From Trypanosoma brucei (Eukaryota): DNA of 64,000 nucleotides. The notes beneath the pieces are model-generated. The model searched no databases. It worked only from the letters and a program-made list of their open reading frames with translations, and was not told the DNA's origin. Within the stretch, counting starts at the first letter, position 1, and the number at the start of each line of letters is the position of its first letter. The position numbers were made by a program, and so were the translations under genes. The DNA lies in contig CP000066.1 of NCBI GenBank assembly GCA_000002445.1, positions 1,344,001-1,408,000 on the forward strand, in the 5' to 3' direction. Below are positions 43,003-54,300 of this stretch, piece by piece.

Positions 43003-44502
43003 ATGCGGCGTGCATTGTACCGTGGGGTGACCGAGTCAGGAGCTGAAATAAGAAATTTTGCTGTTCACGCTGGATGCATGCGACGCTGGTGCAGCGCTGC
43101 GAGTGGTTCTTCGCGTGGTGATAGGCCCACTGATTATGATGTACCTCCACCGCGCCCCGCCTTTTATGTGCCCCCGGAGGAACGAGCATCAGACGATGCC
43201 TCGCTACAGTTTCTTCGGAAAGACAGTGGAGTGCGCTCAGGTCTGATGAAGGGATGTGGGGATGCGACTGGTGAGGTTAAACTAGAGCCTGGCCAACTCT
43301 TCGCCCCCGAGCCTCCCGTCCGCCCGGCGGAATCACCCAGTTACATCAATGAAAAAGCAGCGCGATTGTCATCTACAAGTGTCCGCGCAGGGGCCTCCTT
43401 GTTAACGGGGGACATCGGAGCAGAGGTCAGTCGTCTAGCGGTGGTGAAAAATTCCACATCTACGCGGAACCGAAGCGAGAAAACAGATGCATCTCCACCC
43501 CTCACGTATGGGGGGAGTAAAGGATCGATATTTGAGTCGAGGGACGTAGCCGATGGAGTGCCGGAAGGGAAAAAGATCAGACAACATGAAGGAACTGTTG
43601 GCAGAGGTGAGGAAGGCGGAGAAACCACTGGAGGAAATCCCACTGGCGATGAATTGCCGCTCTTACAACAAATGCAGGTTGATCTTCGCCGTCTGGAATA
43701 CTACCAGGGGACCCCCCAATATCCAGAGATGCTGAAGGAGTTCCGCGCAAAATACTTATCTGACGGCGGTAGCGAGGGTGAAGGGGACGGACGTCTGGAG
43801 GACCTTCGGTCTTACACCCAGGAAGAGCTGGCGCGCGGACTGGAGTCACAGCCAATTGATTATCTTCGGGCTAGCAGTAAGTTGAAGGTGGAGCTTACCA
43901 GCGGCCCCAGAGCGTACGACCCGGTACTTGTCATGCAGCAGATGGGTGTGATGCGGTTTCAAGGGTATGCTTTCCCTCCCACGACGGAATTAGGTAGGCT
44001 ATGCGACAGTGATGGAAAACTGCCGGACTCGAGCGAAGGTGCCCATAGATTTGCCAAGTATGTAGCTCAGACGGCTCCAACAGCCATCAAAGATCAATTG
44101 AAAGGCAATGAGGACAGGCACATTCTCTATCGAACAATGGGCCTAGACGTCGTACAACGCCGACAAGTGAAGGCTATGTTGAGTGACTTTGACCACGGTG
44201 ATCGCCATACGTCATACCATGTGATGATGTCGTATCCCTACGCTGACTGGTTACATGTGTTCTACATGGTTTTGGTGGGGGTGGCGATATATGAGATGCA
44301 GGTTCGATTTTGTGCGTATGACTTTTATGATGAGTATTTGGGATTGGACCTGCGCCAAGTTCCCAAATTGAAGAAGCCCTTCCTTGTCACTGTTACTGTT
44401 GTGGTGATGGTAGTCGCACTGTTTCACCCACTGCTTCTAGTTAGCATTGCAACCACGCGTCTTTATCGCATCGCGATGAAGCGCCCTGTTGGACCTCCAT
44501 AA
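43003..44502 (+). CDS. Hypothetical protein with C-terminal transmembrane helices.
   Basis: 499-aa ORF with an ATG start. The C-terminus VFYMVLVGVAIYEM ... LVTVTVVVMVVALFHPLLLVSIA is predicted to be 2 TM helices. The N-terminal half is low-complexity Ser/Gly/Glu-rich. Confidence 0.45.
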   Translation: MRRALYRGVTESGAEIRNFAVHAGCMRRWCSAASGSSRGDRPTDYDVPPPRPAFYVPPEERASDDASLQFLRKDSGVRSGLMKGCGDATGEVKLEPGQLFAPEPPVRPAESPSYINEKAARLSSTSVRAGASLLTGDIGAEVSRLAVVKNSTSTRNRSEKTDASPPLTYGGSKGSIFESRDVADGVPEGKKIRQHEGTVGRGEEGGETTGGNPTGDELPLLQQMQVDLRRLEYYQGTPQYPEMLKEFRAKYLSDGGSEGEGDGRLEDLRSYTQEELARGLESQPIDYLRASSKLKVELTSGPRAYDPVLVMQQMGVMRFQGYAFPPTTELGRLCDSDGKLPDSSEGAHRFAKYVAQTAPTAIKDQLKGNEDRHILYRTMGLDVVQRRQVKAMLSDFDHGDRHTSYHVMMSYPYADWLHVFYMVLVGVAIYEMQVRFCAYDFYDEYLGLDLRQVPKLKKPFLVTVTVVVMVVALFHPLLLVSIATTRLYRIAMKRPVGPP

Positions 44503-45071
44503 CGTCTTTCACATCTCAGGTCTATCGACGAAGGCTCAAGGCTTGCATTCTATGCAACAGGGGCTGATGGCGGTGGTGCCTGCTTTTGCGAGTACCTTTC
44601 ACTGTTTTGATTTTATTTTGCACTACAGCACTCCGAATGTTCTTTCTTTTTGTGATGCTGCCCACTTCTAATAGCTAAGCAACTACCTTCTTTTTTTCAC
44701 TGCTTCCAATTTGGCAAGAAGACTACTGAGGAAGAGGGGGTGATAGGCAGCGCATTGAGAAAGGTGCGTTTAAACCCTAGGAATATCCGCAGAGTAGGTG
44801 TATCCACCACACCACCAATACCGCAAAACGAACCAAAAGTAGAGGAATAACGTACAAAGTATCGAAGGAGAGCATCAAGCGGCCTTTCGCACGGGTAAGT
44901 TATCAGTTTCTGTGAGTGGGAGTGCGACCAAGTTTAGATTATTTTTCATTTTATATATTGTTAGAAGGAGAGAGTATCTTTTTAGCATACGTCGAAAGGT
45001 GATATTCATAGAGTTGTTTACTAGATAGAGTGCATATACACGTGTATCGTAAGCTGTAGTATCGCTTATTC

Positions 45072-48000
45072 ATGTCTATGCACCGTGACTTACTTCGAAT
45101 AAGGCGGCAGACGTCGAACCTTGTCTCGTCACCCTCGCCTCCTTCCTCACGTGCCAGCCCTCGTGCAAGGGTGAGTTCGGCTAGAGGGGAACAACGACAA
45201 GGTGCTAGTGAAGCCGTGCATGTAGCAGTTCGTGTGCGGCCTTTGTCTGTCAATGAGGCGGGACAAGATGTCATCGTTTCGATGGATCCGTCAGCGAAGA
45301 AGATATTCGTGAGGAACCGAGGCGAGGAGCAACAAGAGTTTCCTTTTGAGTTGCCCGTATGGTCTTGCGGTGGAAATGCGCTAAACGGCTCGCCGCCGGT
45401 AAGTCAGGCAGCACTGTACAAAATGGTTGGGCAACCCCTTTTGGACCACGCATTTGAGGGCTTTAACAGCACACTTATGGTATACGGTAGCACAGGCAGC
45501 GGAAAAACTTACACAATGATGGGTGACATGGATGGCGGCTTTCTGGGTGAGGACGAGGATGTGCTCAACGATGGTGAGGAGGGCATTGTCCCACGCCTAT
45601 GCCGTGAGATGTTTCAGAAGATCAGAGATCGCTCGGTCAGCTTGTCTGACGGGGGAACGCTGACGTGGGATGTGCATGCCTCCTATGTGGAGGTTTATTG
45701 TGAGAAGATTAGCGATTTACTGAATAACGGTGCCCCTGTCACTATTCGTGAGGTGATCACGGATAACGAAGCGCACTTTGCGCTCAATGGTGCGCAGCGG
45801 GTTAACGTCCGTAATTCAGCGGAAATACTGCATCTCCTAAAAATTGGTAACAGACACAGGAAAACAGCCTCTACGGCCATGAATGAGCGCAGTAGTCGTA
45901 GTCATGCTATATTTGTTGTGGAGCTCACCGAGATGCTTGTAGTGAGGGGACCCGATGGTGAGTGTGTCGGTGCCCCAGGCAAGTTCCTTACCGTTCGCCT
46001 CGTTGATTTGGCGGGTAGTGAACGCGTTGGGGAAGCGGGCATGTCGGGACAGCTATTCAAGGAGGGTGTTGATATTAACTGCAGCCTCTTCACCCTGGGT
46101 ATGGTAATTGAGGCTCTTTCGGATCCTAGTCGACGCCATATGAGGCCACCATACCGTGACAGTACGTTGACGAAGATTCTAAAGGACGCATTTGGTGGAA
46201 ACAGCAAAACCACGATGATTTGTACCATTGCCCCCACGGAGGCCCAACGTGTGCACACGGTTCAAACACTTCAGTACGGGCTTAAGGCGCGACGAATTGT
46301 GAACAAGCCATGTGCGAAGAGAGGACCGTCAGCTAAAGAGCTTCGTAAGGCCAGTGAGGAGATGCTTAGTTTACGCCAGAAGCGCAGGGAAAGGCAACCA
46401 CAAGGCACTGGCTTGGAGGAATCGTATGCTGATCTAAGGCGTGCTGGCGACGGAGGCTTACATAATGGGGGTGCTTTACGTCATTCTGAGAGCTCGTCGG
46501 AAGGCAAGGAGACTTCTCTTGGCGGCTCCAATTTCGCTACAGATGAGGAGAGGGACCGTTACAGGAGGAAGATGGAAGAGCTGGAAGAAGAAATTGAGCG
46601 TGCGAGGGCGAGATACAGAGAGCAGGGGCGGGAGCTGCAAAACATAAGGAGAGAGAGTGCGGCTGAGGCTGAGGTGCGTTTAAGGGCGTTAGAAGCCCAA
46701 TTCAATGAGAAGGAAAATCATTTGAAGCGGAAAGGTCACGAAATTCAAAGGAAGCACCGTGATGCGGAGAGCCGATTGAAAGAGTTTAAAAATTTTTCGG
46801 AGGAGCGCATTTCTGACCTCCTTCGTGCACAGGGGGAGCTGAAAGATAAGTTACACGAGAAGGAACTTGCAGTCGGGCAGCGTGAGCGGGAGCTGCAGGA
46901 GGCCCAGAGTCGTGCCGAGGAGGAGGTTTCCCGTTTGCATCAGCGCATGATGCAGCAGGAACGAAAATGGCTTGAGCGCCATAAGGCTTTGGAAGCTGAA
47001 ATTTGCGCACAGGAAGACAAAATGAGGGACCGATTGCGTGATGCTATGGAGAGAATGCGTAATGTGGAAGAAGTTGCAGCACGTCGCGAGAGTGAGCTTC
47101 ACCGCAAGTGGTTAGATGCCCAGCAAGCGACCCGAGAGCTTCACCACAAGTTAGCTGAGAGCGAGGCAGAAAAGGCGCGACAAATATCTCAGGATCGCCG
47201 GGAAACAACCAAACGCGAGTCTGAACTTGCCCATAAATTGGAAGAAACTGAGCGCGGCCGAAAGGCCCTCGAACGTGAGGCGGTATCGCTAAAGACTGAA
47301 TTGGATGTGTTGAAGGAAGACTACGAGATGCTCGCTAAAAACAGCAGGGAGGGTTGTGATGCGGAGGCGCGGCTTCTCCCCCTTGAGGAGGAACTAAAGA
47401 GGCGAGAGGAGCGGCTGCAGCAACGCGAGGAACAGGCCCAGGCATCACTCGATGAAGTTCTAAAGAAGCAAGAGGAACTGGACCGCTTACACCTCGCAGT
47501 CATTGCCAAAGCAGATGCTATTGAGAAGGATGCGGTTGCCGCACTTCGGGAAAGGGAGAGTCGCCTTCAGAAGCGTGAAGATGAGCTTAAGAGCTTGGAG
47601 CATGAGTTGGAGGCACGCTCCGCGGTTTTGGATGTGGAGGCCAAGTATAAATCAATGGAGTACGATACGAAGGAGAGTGGGGCAGAGGCTTTAGCTTCCC
47701 GCGAACGCCGCGCCACAGAACTGCTTCAAGATGAACTTCAGGAAGCATTGCAACGTGTTCATCTCGACATGAAACAGAGGGAAGAGAAGTTTGATCGAAT
47801 GGAAGATGATATCAAGCGATGTCGTGAGCAGTTGGAGAATCTCTACAACGAGCGGGATGAGATGCTTAGGCGTGCATCCACATCCTCCGCTGGACGCAGC
47901 TGCGTGTTTGACTCGCCGCTTCCCGTTCCTCCACGGGGTTGCCGAAGATGCAGGTCGGGTACATCGTGGCCGTCCAACTGTAGCACGATGGGGACCGGGG

Positions 48001-49856
48001 AGGAAAATGATGCGTCTCTCAGTGGGCGGCAGTTCTCTCCTAACCAAAGCAGCGCGTCGCAGCAAGAACCGCGCTGCTCAGAGAACGGGGTTGAGGGGGG
48101 GAGGTCGTCTGAACTGCGTCCGATAAGTGCTCTTGCGGGGGAGTCGGTTTGCTTATGGCTCAAGAATATGCTGATCACTATGGAGGAAAGGAGCCGCGGC
48201 TTACTTGAGGATTTGTGCTATCATGAATACAGTGTCCTCGAGCGGATGACGTCCATCGGCTCTCTTTTTTCGTTTGGCGAAAATGCTCCCAACACGAGGA
48301 GCCCTGAGGTGGCCGCCAGGGTGGTTGACCGTACTTCGGTGTCTGCATGTAGTGACCATTTGCGCGGTGGTTTTCGACTTGGATCAATATGTGGTGTCGT
48401 GCCCCATGATGCTCCTTGCGTGCCTAGCCTCATGCATACTGAAGCGGACTGCGGTTTAAGAGATGCAGCATCGGAACATGAACAACTTGCCCAGCGTATA
48501 GTCGCGTTTGAACGGCTGCAGCATCAACGTGAGGTCGAGTTTCAGCAGAAGGATGAGCAAATCAGGGAATACCTAGTTGAAGTGGAGGCGATGGATCGTG
48601 AAAGGATGGCGATGTATCGCTTAAAGGAGGAGGAACACGAGGCTGCGGCTGCACAGTTGCAGATGGCAAAACGTGAGTTTGACCACCGTGTTAATTGCAT
48701 GCAGCAAACCCTTTTTTGCCGCGGCGCGCAGCAACACGCTGAGTCCATAGTCTTGCAGGAGGCCGCTGAACGTGAGAACATTTTTCGGCTATTCAACATT
48801 CAACTTCACAAGATTTTCGCCCATGAGAGAAACATGGCGCACCATACGAACTGTGTGGACTTGTTGCGCCAGAGAGAGGAGGTGATCACGCTTGAGGAGG
48901 CACAACTCCAGAAACGTATAAGTCAGCTAAAGGACGAGGAGGATGAGTGGAAAAGACGTCGTTCCACCGAGGAGACGCAGATACTCACGTACCTATTGGA
49001 GCTACAAAACGAAGATATGCTGCGCAAGCAAGCCATTGGGGAGAAGGGAAGCAGAGAGGACACCGCGAAATACTGCGAAGACGCCGAACTCGGGGTTGCG
49101 GGTTTGTGTAATGTGATGCATCGAGTAAGGGATCACACGCAGAAGTGTGAACTTGCGGTACAAAAGATGGAGAGTGAACTGGAACAGCAGGCAGATGCGG
49201 AGAAGGTCTTGGAGGAACGTGAAGCTGCTGTTGAACGGCGCCGTCGTGAACTTTCCACCAGCATGGAGTCTCGGGAGCGTTCCCTTTTGGACAGGGAAAT
49301 GGAACTGGAGGAGTTGACTCGTCGGCTTAAAGGTGACATACAAAAACGTGAACTTGCGATACAAAAGATGGAGAGTGAACTGGAACAGCAGGCAGATGCG
49401 GAGAAGGTCTTGGAGGAACGTGAAGCTGCTGTTGAACGGCGCCGTCGTGAACTTTCCACCAGCATGGAGTCTCGGGAGCGTTCCCTCTTGGAACAGGAAG
49501 TGGACCTACGGAAACTGTCCACTAAAGCAGGGGATAATTGTCGTAAACGTCCGGGTTCTCGTGTGGCACATAATCAGGAAGGTTCCTACTACGTTGACAT
49601 CAAGAAACTTCTGGAGGTCTGTGGATTTCAACTGCCGGGTGGAAAAGTTGAATTCCCGGACGGCGCTGACACACCGATTGAACTGACCGATAACCTTATC
49701 GACGTTATCGAATCACTACGACGCCAGCTAAAGGTATGGATTCAAAAGTATCGTGTGCTGAAGTCAGATGAGAAACTGGAGTGTGAACGCTGTTTGTGGC
49801 AGAATAACCGTGGTGCCACTGTGTGCCGATGCTGCGGCAATGCTCAACTTGTGTAA
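45072..49856 (+). CDS. Kinesin-like protein. It has an N-terminal motor domain, a ~1100-aa coiled-coil stalk containing a tandemly duplicated 67-aa segment, and a C-terminal RanBP2-type zinc finger.
   Basis: Motor motifs: P-loop GSTGSGKTYTMMG, switch I NERSSRSHAIF and switch II LVDLAGSER. Long heptad-rich E/R/K/Q stalk. The C-terminus ECERCLWQNNRGATVCRCCGN fits the W-x-C-x2-C...N...C-x2-C RanBP2 ZnF pattern. Confidence 0.9.
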   Translation: MSMHRDLLRIRRQTSNLVSSPSPPSSRASPRARVSSARGEQRQGASEAVHVAVRVRPLSVNEAGQDVIVSMDPSAKKIFVRNRGEEQQEFPFELPVWSCGGNALNGSPPVSQAALYKMVGQPLLDHAFEGFNSTLMVYGSTGSGKTYTMMGDMDGGFLGEDEDVLNDGEEGIVPRLCREMFQKIRDRSVSLSDGGTLTWDVHASYVEVYCEKISDLLNNGAPVTIREVITDNEAHFALNGAQRVNVRNSAEILHLLKIGNRHRKTASTAMNERSSRSHAIFVVELTEMLVVRGPDGECVGAPGKFLTVRLVDLAGSERVGEAGMSGQLFKEGVDINCSLFTLGMVIEALSDPSRRHMRPPYRDSTLTKILKDAFGGNSKTTMICTIAPTEAQRVHTVQTLQYGLKARRIVNKPCAKRGPSAKELRKASEEMLSLRQKRRERQPQGTGLEESYADLRRAGDGGLHNGGALRHSESSSEGKETSLGGSNFATDEERDRYRRKMEELEEEIERARARYREQGRELQNIRRESAAEAEVRLRALEAQFNEKENHLKRKGHEIQRKHRDAESRLKEFKNFSEERISDLLRAQGELKDKLHEKELAVGQRERELQEAQSRAEEEVSRLHQRMMQQERKWLERHKALEAEICAQEDKMRDRLRDAMERMRNVEEVAARRESELHRKWLDAQQATRELHHKLAESEAEKARQISQDRRETTKRESELAHKLEETERGRKALEREAVSLKTELDVLKEDYEMLAKNSREGCDAEARLLPLEEELKRREERLQQREEQAQASLDEVLKKQEELDRLHLAVIAKADAIEKDAVAALRERESRLQKREDELKSLEHELEARSAVLDVEAKYKSMEYDTKESGAEALASRERRATELLQDELQEALQRVHLDMKQREEKFDRMEDDIKRCREQLENLYNERDEMLRRASTSSAGRSCVFDSPLPVPPRGCRRCRSGTSWPSNCSTMGTGEENDASLSGRQFSPNQSSASQQEPRCSENGVEGGRSSELRPISALAGESVCLWLKNMLITMEERSRGLLEDLCYHEYSVLERMTSIGSLFSFGENAPNTRSPEVAARVVDRTSVSACSDHLRGGFRLGSICGVVPHDAPCVPSLMHTEADCGLRDAASEHEQLAQRIVAFERLQHQREVEFQQKDEQIREYLVEVEAMDRERMAMYRLKEEEHEAAAAQLQMAKREFDHRVNCMQQTLFCRGAQQHAESIVLQEAAERENIFRLFNIQLHKIFAHERNMAHHTNCVDLLRQREEVITLEEAQLQKRISQLKDEEDEWKRRRSTEETQILTYLLELQNEDMLRKQAIGEKGSREDTAKYCEDAELGVAGLCNVMHRVRDHTQKCELAVQKMESELEQQADAEKVLEEREAAVERRRRELSTSMESRERSLLDREMELEELTRRLKGDIQKRELAIQKMESELEQQADAEKVLEEREAAVERRRRELSTSMESRERSLLEQEVDLRKLSTKAGDNCRKRPGSRVAHNQEGSYYVDIKKLLEVCGFQLPGGKVEFPDGADTPIELTDNLIDVIESLRRQLKVWIQKYRVLKSDEKLECERCLWQNNRGATVCRCCGNAQLV
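49147..49548 (+). repeat. Near-perfect tandem duplication of 201 bp (2 copies) inside the kinesin stalk coding region.
   Basis: Copy 1 (~49147-49287) and copy 2 (~49348-49488) share over 140 nt with only 2 mismatches (gtgaacttgcgGtacaaaagatggagagtgaactggaacagcaggcagatgcggagaaggtcttggaggaacgtgaagctgctgttgaacggcgccgtcgtgaactttccaccagcatggagtctcgggagcgttccct). They encode the duplicated peptide IQKMESELEQQADAEKVLEEREAAVERRRRELSTSMESRERSLL. Confidence 0.85.
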
Positions 49857-51381
49857 TTTATCTACTGCGAAGGGAGCAGGAAGAGCACAATACTAGCGTA
49901 CATTAACGTCTGCGGAACTCCCCCTTTTCAAGGACGTGACACATAGCGTGCAGAAAATAATGGCGGGAGTTCTGTAAACTCGTGTCACTTATGGTGCGCG
50001 TAGGCGTTGCGTGCGCTTTATTTTAACCTTAGACACTTTTTTTTTTCCCGCTATATGTTTGGCACGTGGGTGTAGGCCGTAACTTCCCTCAGGTAGCACT
50101 GCTGCCGTCCAGTGTTGGAGTACCGTTTGGCAGGTGTCGATCAATAGTTCTCTTTTCGAGCGCTGTAGGCCGTATGGTAAGTGGAGGAATCGATGGTGAG
50201 TGAAAAGACTAATATATATATATATATATATATACATTTTTTTGAGCACCTCAGCACGTGTGAGGAACAAAAGTGAATGTAACGGTGATGATGATAAATG
50301 CAAGATGTGAGCTCAAATGACACTAACGCGATTTTTTTTGTTGGAGCGATGCGTCGTTGCCCTCGTTTCGTTTCAGTGTTCGTTTGCTCGCGATTGGTTT
50401 ACCCTTTTAACGTGGATGCGCGTCAGTTTTTAGATTCATGAATGACCGATGTCTTGTGGTGACTTGTGCACTCATCTTACAAACGGTTGCAGTGCGTAGA
50501 TTTCGCCGCGCGTTCTTCTTCCTTTGGGGGCAGAAGAAAAAAAATTAACGTCAACTTGCACGCACGAACTTAGCTAACACCGCAGGTATAATAAAGAGTT
50601 ATGGGAAGTGAAGTGGTGAGAGTGGGTTGATGGCGCCACTTTGGGATGATTGTCCTCCCTTTCCCTCCTTTTCTTTCCTTCTTTATCGTTTTCTCTATTC
50701 CTATCACCGTTTTTAGTACCTCTATTTGTCGTATTTGTCAACTCCTTAGTGCCATTTGTTTACTTCACTTTCCCAATCCATTCTTCTACCTTACCTTGCC
50801 TTTCTTCTATTATTACAGCGAGGACGTTTATTAGGTGGTAAATGATATGTGACGGCAGGGAACCGCTGTATTTTGGGGTTGGAAGATTATTGTTCATGAT
50901 GTGTTTGTTTGTGTACACAACAAACGTAGAGAGTGACAGCCAGAGATGGAGACCGCTGTTTTAATGACCCACCAGCGAACCCTCTTATATTGGGAGTAGA
51001 CATTTTAACATTCCCCCAGCTCCAAGCGTTCTGTTGTTTTCCTTGAGTATCTTTTTTTTACTCTTTTCTGACCTGGCGAAAGGGGGGGGGGGTAGTGTTC
51101 CTCTGCCTTATGAACTTTTGCGTGCGAAAAGGGGGAACAAATGAGCTATGTAGATGTGTCGGAACATTTCTTTTTGTTCAGATGTGTGTATACTACCCCT
51201 GTCCATGACTGATCTCGCTTGCACTTCCGTTTCAATCAACTCTCGTTATTCTTCTAAGTTTTATCTGCGTGCCTTCTTCTAAGATTCAGTATTTGTTCGC
51301 TAGGGTAAACGCTTCCCAGTTAAGGTGCAGCGAAAGAGTGTAGAGACTGTGGAGCGTCATTTGCGGCGCTACACGTAAGGA

Positions 51382-54300
51382 ATGGGAACAATAGAAGGCA
51401 CAACTGTGGATTTTGATCCTAACCCACTTCAATGCCCCACTAAAACCATTCTTGTAGGGAATGAGGACGCTACTGCCGGTGTATTACCGCGCACAAGCCG
51501 GCACATTGACTTTACTGACGACGGTAAACTATTCGAGGGTCATTTTACACTCCAAGCTAGCAGTCTCAAATCAATCATTCAAGTTCTTGCAGACCAGCAA
51601 GCGGAGCAGCGGGTAATCATCAACGACCTACAGGATCAGGTGAATAATCTTCGGCAACAAACATCGAAAATGCGTAAGTCGGTACCCACACTGCAGCTTC
51701 CTGCCTCAGTAGGGGGGAGCGCTAAGTCATTTTCCAAGGAATATGAATCCCTTGAACAACGGGTAAAGTCGTTGGAAGGGTTCAGATCACTATGGGGGGC
51801 CCGCACTGAGGATGTGGATGGACTGATAAGTATATACGGGGATCCCGTTGTTACTCCTGACGAGTACACCACTTACATTATGAACCTCCAACCCTTTCGT
51901 GTGGTACGAAGTGAAGCGCGTCACTTTGTTACTTCTCAGGCGGAGCAGCAGAAACAGGCCGTTCGTACTGTGGGCGGTGAAAGAAATGAGAGAACACGCG
52001 GTGCGCGAAGTGCTCGCCTTGCTGATCCTGGGGATGCGGCTGATGATGGTTCGCGGACTCCGCGTGAAGGCGGGTCTCGCGCTCCTCGTGATGGGAGTCA
52101 GTCTGGTCGTGATGACTCACGTGGGTCTCGCCGGTTCCGCAAACGCCAGTCCGCTGATGATGACTCCAAGCCCGCTCGTGAAGATGATTCCGGTGCTCCT
52201 CGCGATGATAGCCAGTCTGGTCGTGATGGCTCGCGTGGACCTCGATCGGCTCGTAATCGGCAGGCTCATGATGCTGAGAGGAAGTCTTCCCGCGATGACG
52301 ACTCTCGTACAGTTCGTGATGACAATAATTTTGCTAACGATGACAATCGTTCTGGCCGTGATGAAACCCGAGGGCGTCGGCGGGTTCGCGAACCCCAGTC
52401 TAATGACGATGGCACCCGGTCTCCAATCGAAGAGTCCCATGCCAACCGCGACGACACCCGGCCTGGCCGTGACGATTCGCGCGGGTCCCGGCGGCAGCGC
52501 AACCGTCAGTCGCACGAGGACGACCTCAAGTCCTTCCATGAGGAGGATGCTCGAACCCACCGTGGCGGGCCCCGTGGGGCTCGCGACCGCGTCACTTATG
52601 GTGAGCATCTGGATTCTCGTGACGGGCTGCGGCAGGACAATATTGGGGATGGGGACACGATATCCGACTTGTCTAAGCGCCTCCAGTTGCTAGAGCAGAG
52701 GGTTCGGTCCGTACACGGCGGCCACAAAAATAATGCTCAGGGATCAGCATCTGAGCAACTGTCGCCAACTTCTGATGCCACCGGCGCAAAGGATTTACAG
52801 GCACGAGAGGACATTGAGGAGTTGAGTCGGTTCGTAGCAAAGCGCTTCAAGGAACTCGAGCGTTCTATTGCGAAGGTTCAAGGTGGAGACTTAAATGTCA
52901 CAGCACCCAAAGCCGGTATGGGTGCAAGGAAATCTGAAACCCCTCCCAAACGGAGGGAGAGATCCCCAACAGTAATGTCCAAAGGTCAGACCGGTGCTGG
53001 GGGCAGCGGGCCCGGTCCGAGTGGCGCCGTTGAAAGTGATCTTCTTCAGAAGGCCGGTAAACCGAGGGAGATTGCCCCTAGTTATACTCCGGTTGTGGAT
53101 GAGGTTGCCCGTGATGACGCTGCCGCTGCATTGGAGCAGGTGGAGCTACTCGAGAAGTATGTGGTGAGGAAGCTAAAGGAACTCACGCCGAGCCTAAGCA
53201 AAGGAGTATCAGACACACACATCTCATCACCCCCAATAGGTTCCACTTCCACTCAGCCTCCTGAACGGCCTTCCGGGGAGAGCCACGTCCCCCGCGGTGC
53301 TGACCGTTCCGCTTCCGAGAAGGTTGCAGTGGACCAGGCTGCTCGAGAAGATACCTCTCGCTTATTTGAACTTGTACATGACCTAGAGGATGATTGGGGG
53401 AAGCGGTGGGCTTCGTTGGAAGAGCGCCTTCGTATCATTGGGCGCGCAGCCGTGAACAAAGGCTCAGTTAACGCGGCCGCACCCGGTACGATCGACAGAA
53501 GAGCGCGGGAGGACGCTTCCATATCACTCATGAGAGTTCAGCAGTTGGAACGAGAAATTTCTAGCTTCCGAAGACTTCTCATGAAACGAAACGGGGCACC
53601 CATGGAAGTTGGATTGTTTGAAGGCCGTATGCAAAGCGGTGGCGCATCCAAGTTAGTAGTCGATGCGCGGGACCAGAAGGAACCAAATGACAATGGTTGC
53701 GCTGGTCTGGGGGCTGTCTTAGAGGGTGCAGATTCCCAGTCACGCGTCCTTGCCCTAGAAAAGGAGGTAGAATCACGGATGGAGGAAGTTAACCGAGCGC
53801 TTGCCACCCTACGTACAGCGCAAGTTGGTCAAGACTTTCCCGATCTTAGCTTTCTGGGAGATGACACAGGAACAAGAAAGTCTACAGCGCCGAGCCAAAT
53901 AGTAATCAGCACCCGGGAGATGGATCTTGCTGCGGCCGGAAATTTTCGGCGCCCGACCCCTGATACGAAGACGTACGCGGCAATGCTTGTCATGTCGTCT
54001 TACGACCCTGCACAACCGTTTCATGGCAGTTACTCAAACTACGATCAGGGGAACCCTATCGTGCTTCGCCCGCCTCAGATGGAGACGTTTGCAACACCAC
54101 TAGTCAGGCGTGAGCCGCAGGATAATCTTACACCCCGGACACGCGGCGAAGCCGGGGTAGCAGTTGGTACACCTCAACATGAAAAATCACCCGTGAACAA
54201 GGCAGCGACTCAGAGCGGTGAGGCGGGCCTATCACCTTCAGGAACGGGTAGCTGTCCCATTAGGATGTCTGGACCAGCGCCGCACCCACCCGACGGGTCT

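Noticed and set aside
42561-43046. 161-aa plus-strand ORF just upstream of the 43003 gene
   Set aside because: It is the translation of a T-rich UTR/polypyrimidine region (LLLGVFKL..., CFCTPHS...). It overlaps the start of a better gene.
49133-49522. 129-aa minus-strand ORF with internally duplicated sequence
   Set aside because: It is the antisense mirror of the 201-bp tandem duplication in the kinesin gene.
51899-52693. 264-aa plus-strand alternative-frame ORF, 163-aa minus-strand ORF (52117..52608) and 78-aa minus-strand ORF (52266..52502)
   Set aside because: They are artefacts of the 114-bp degenerate repeat, which keeps several frames open. The frame continuous with the 1063-aa protein is preferred.
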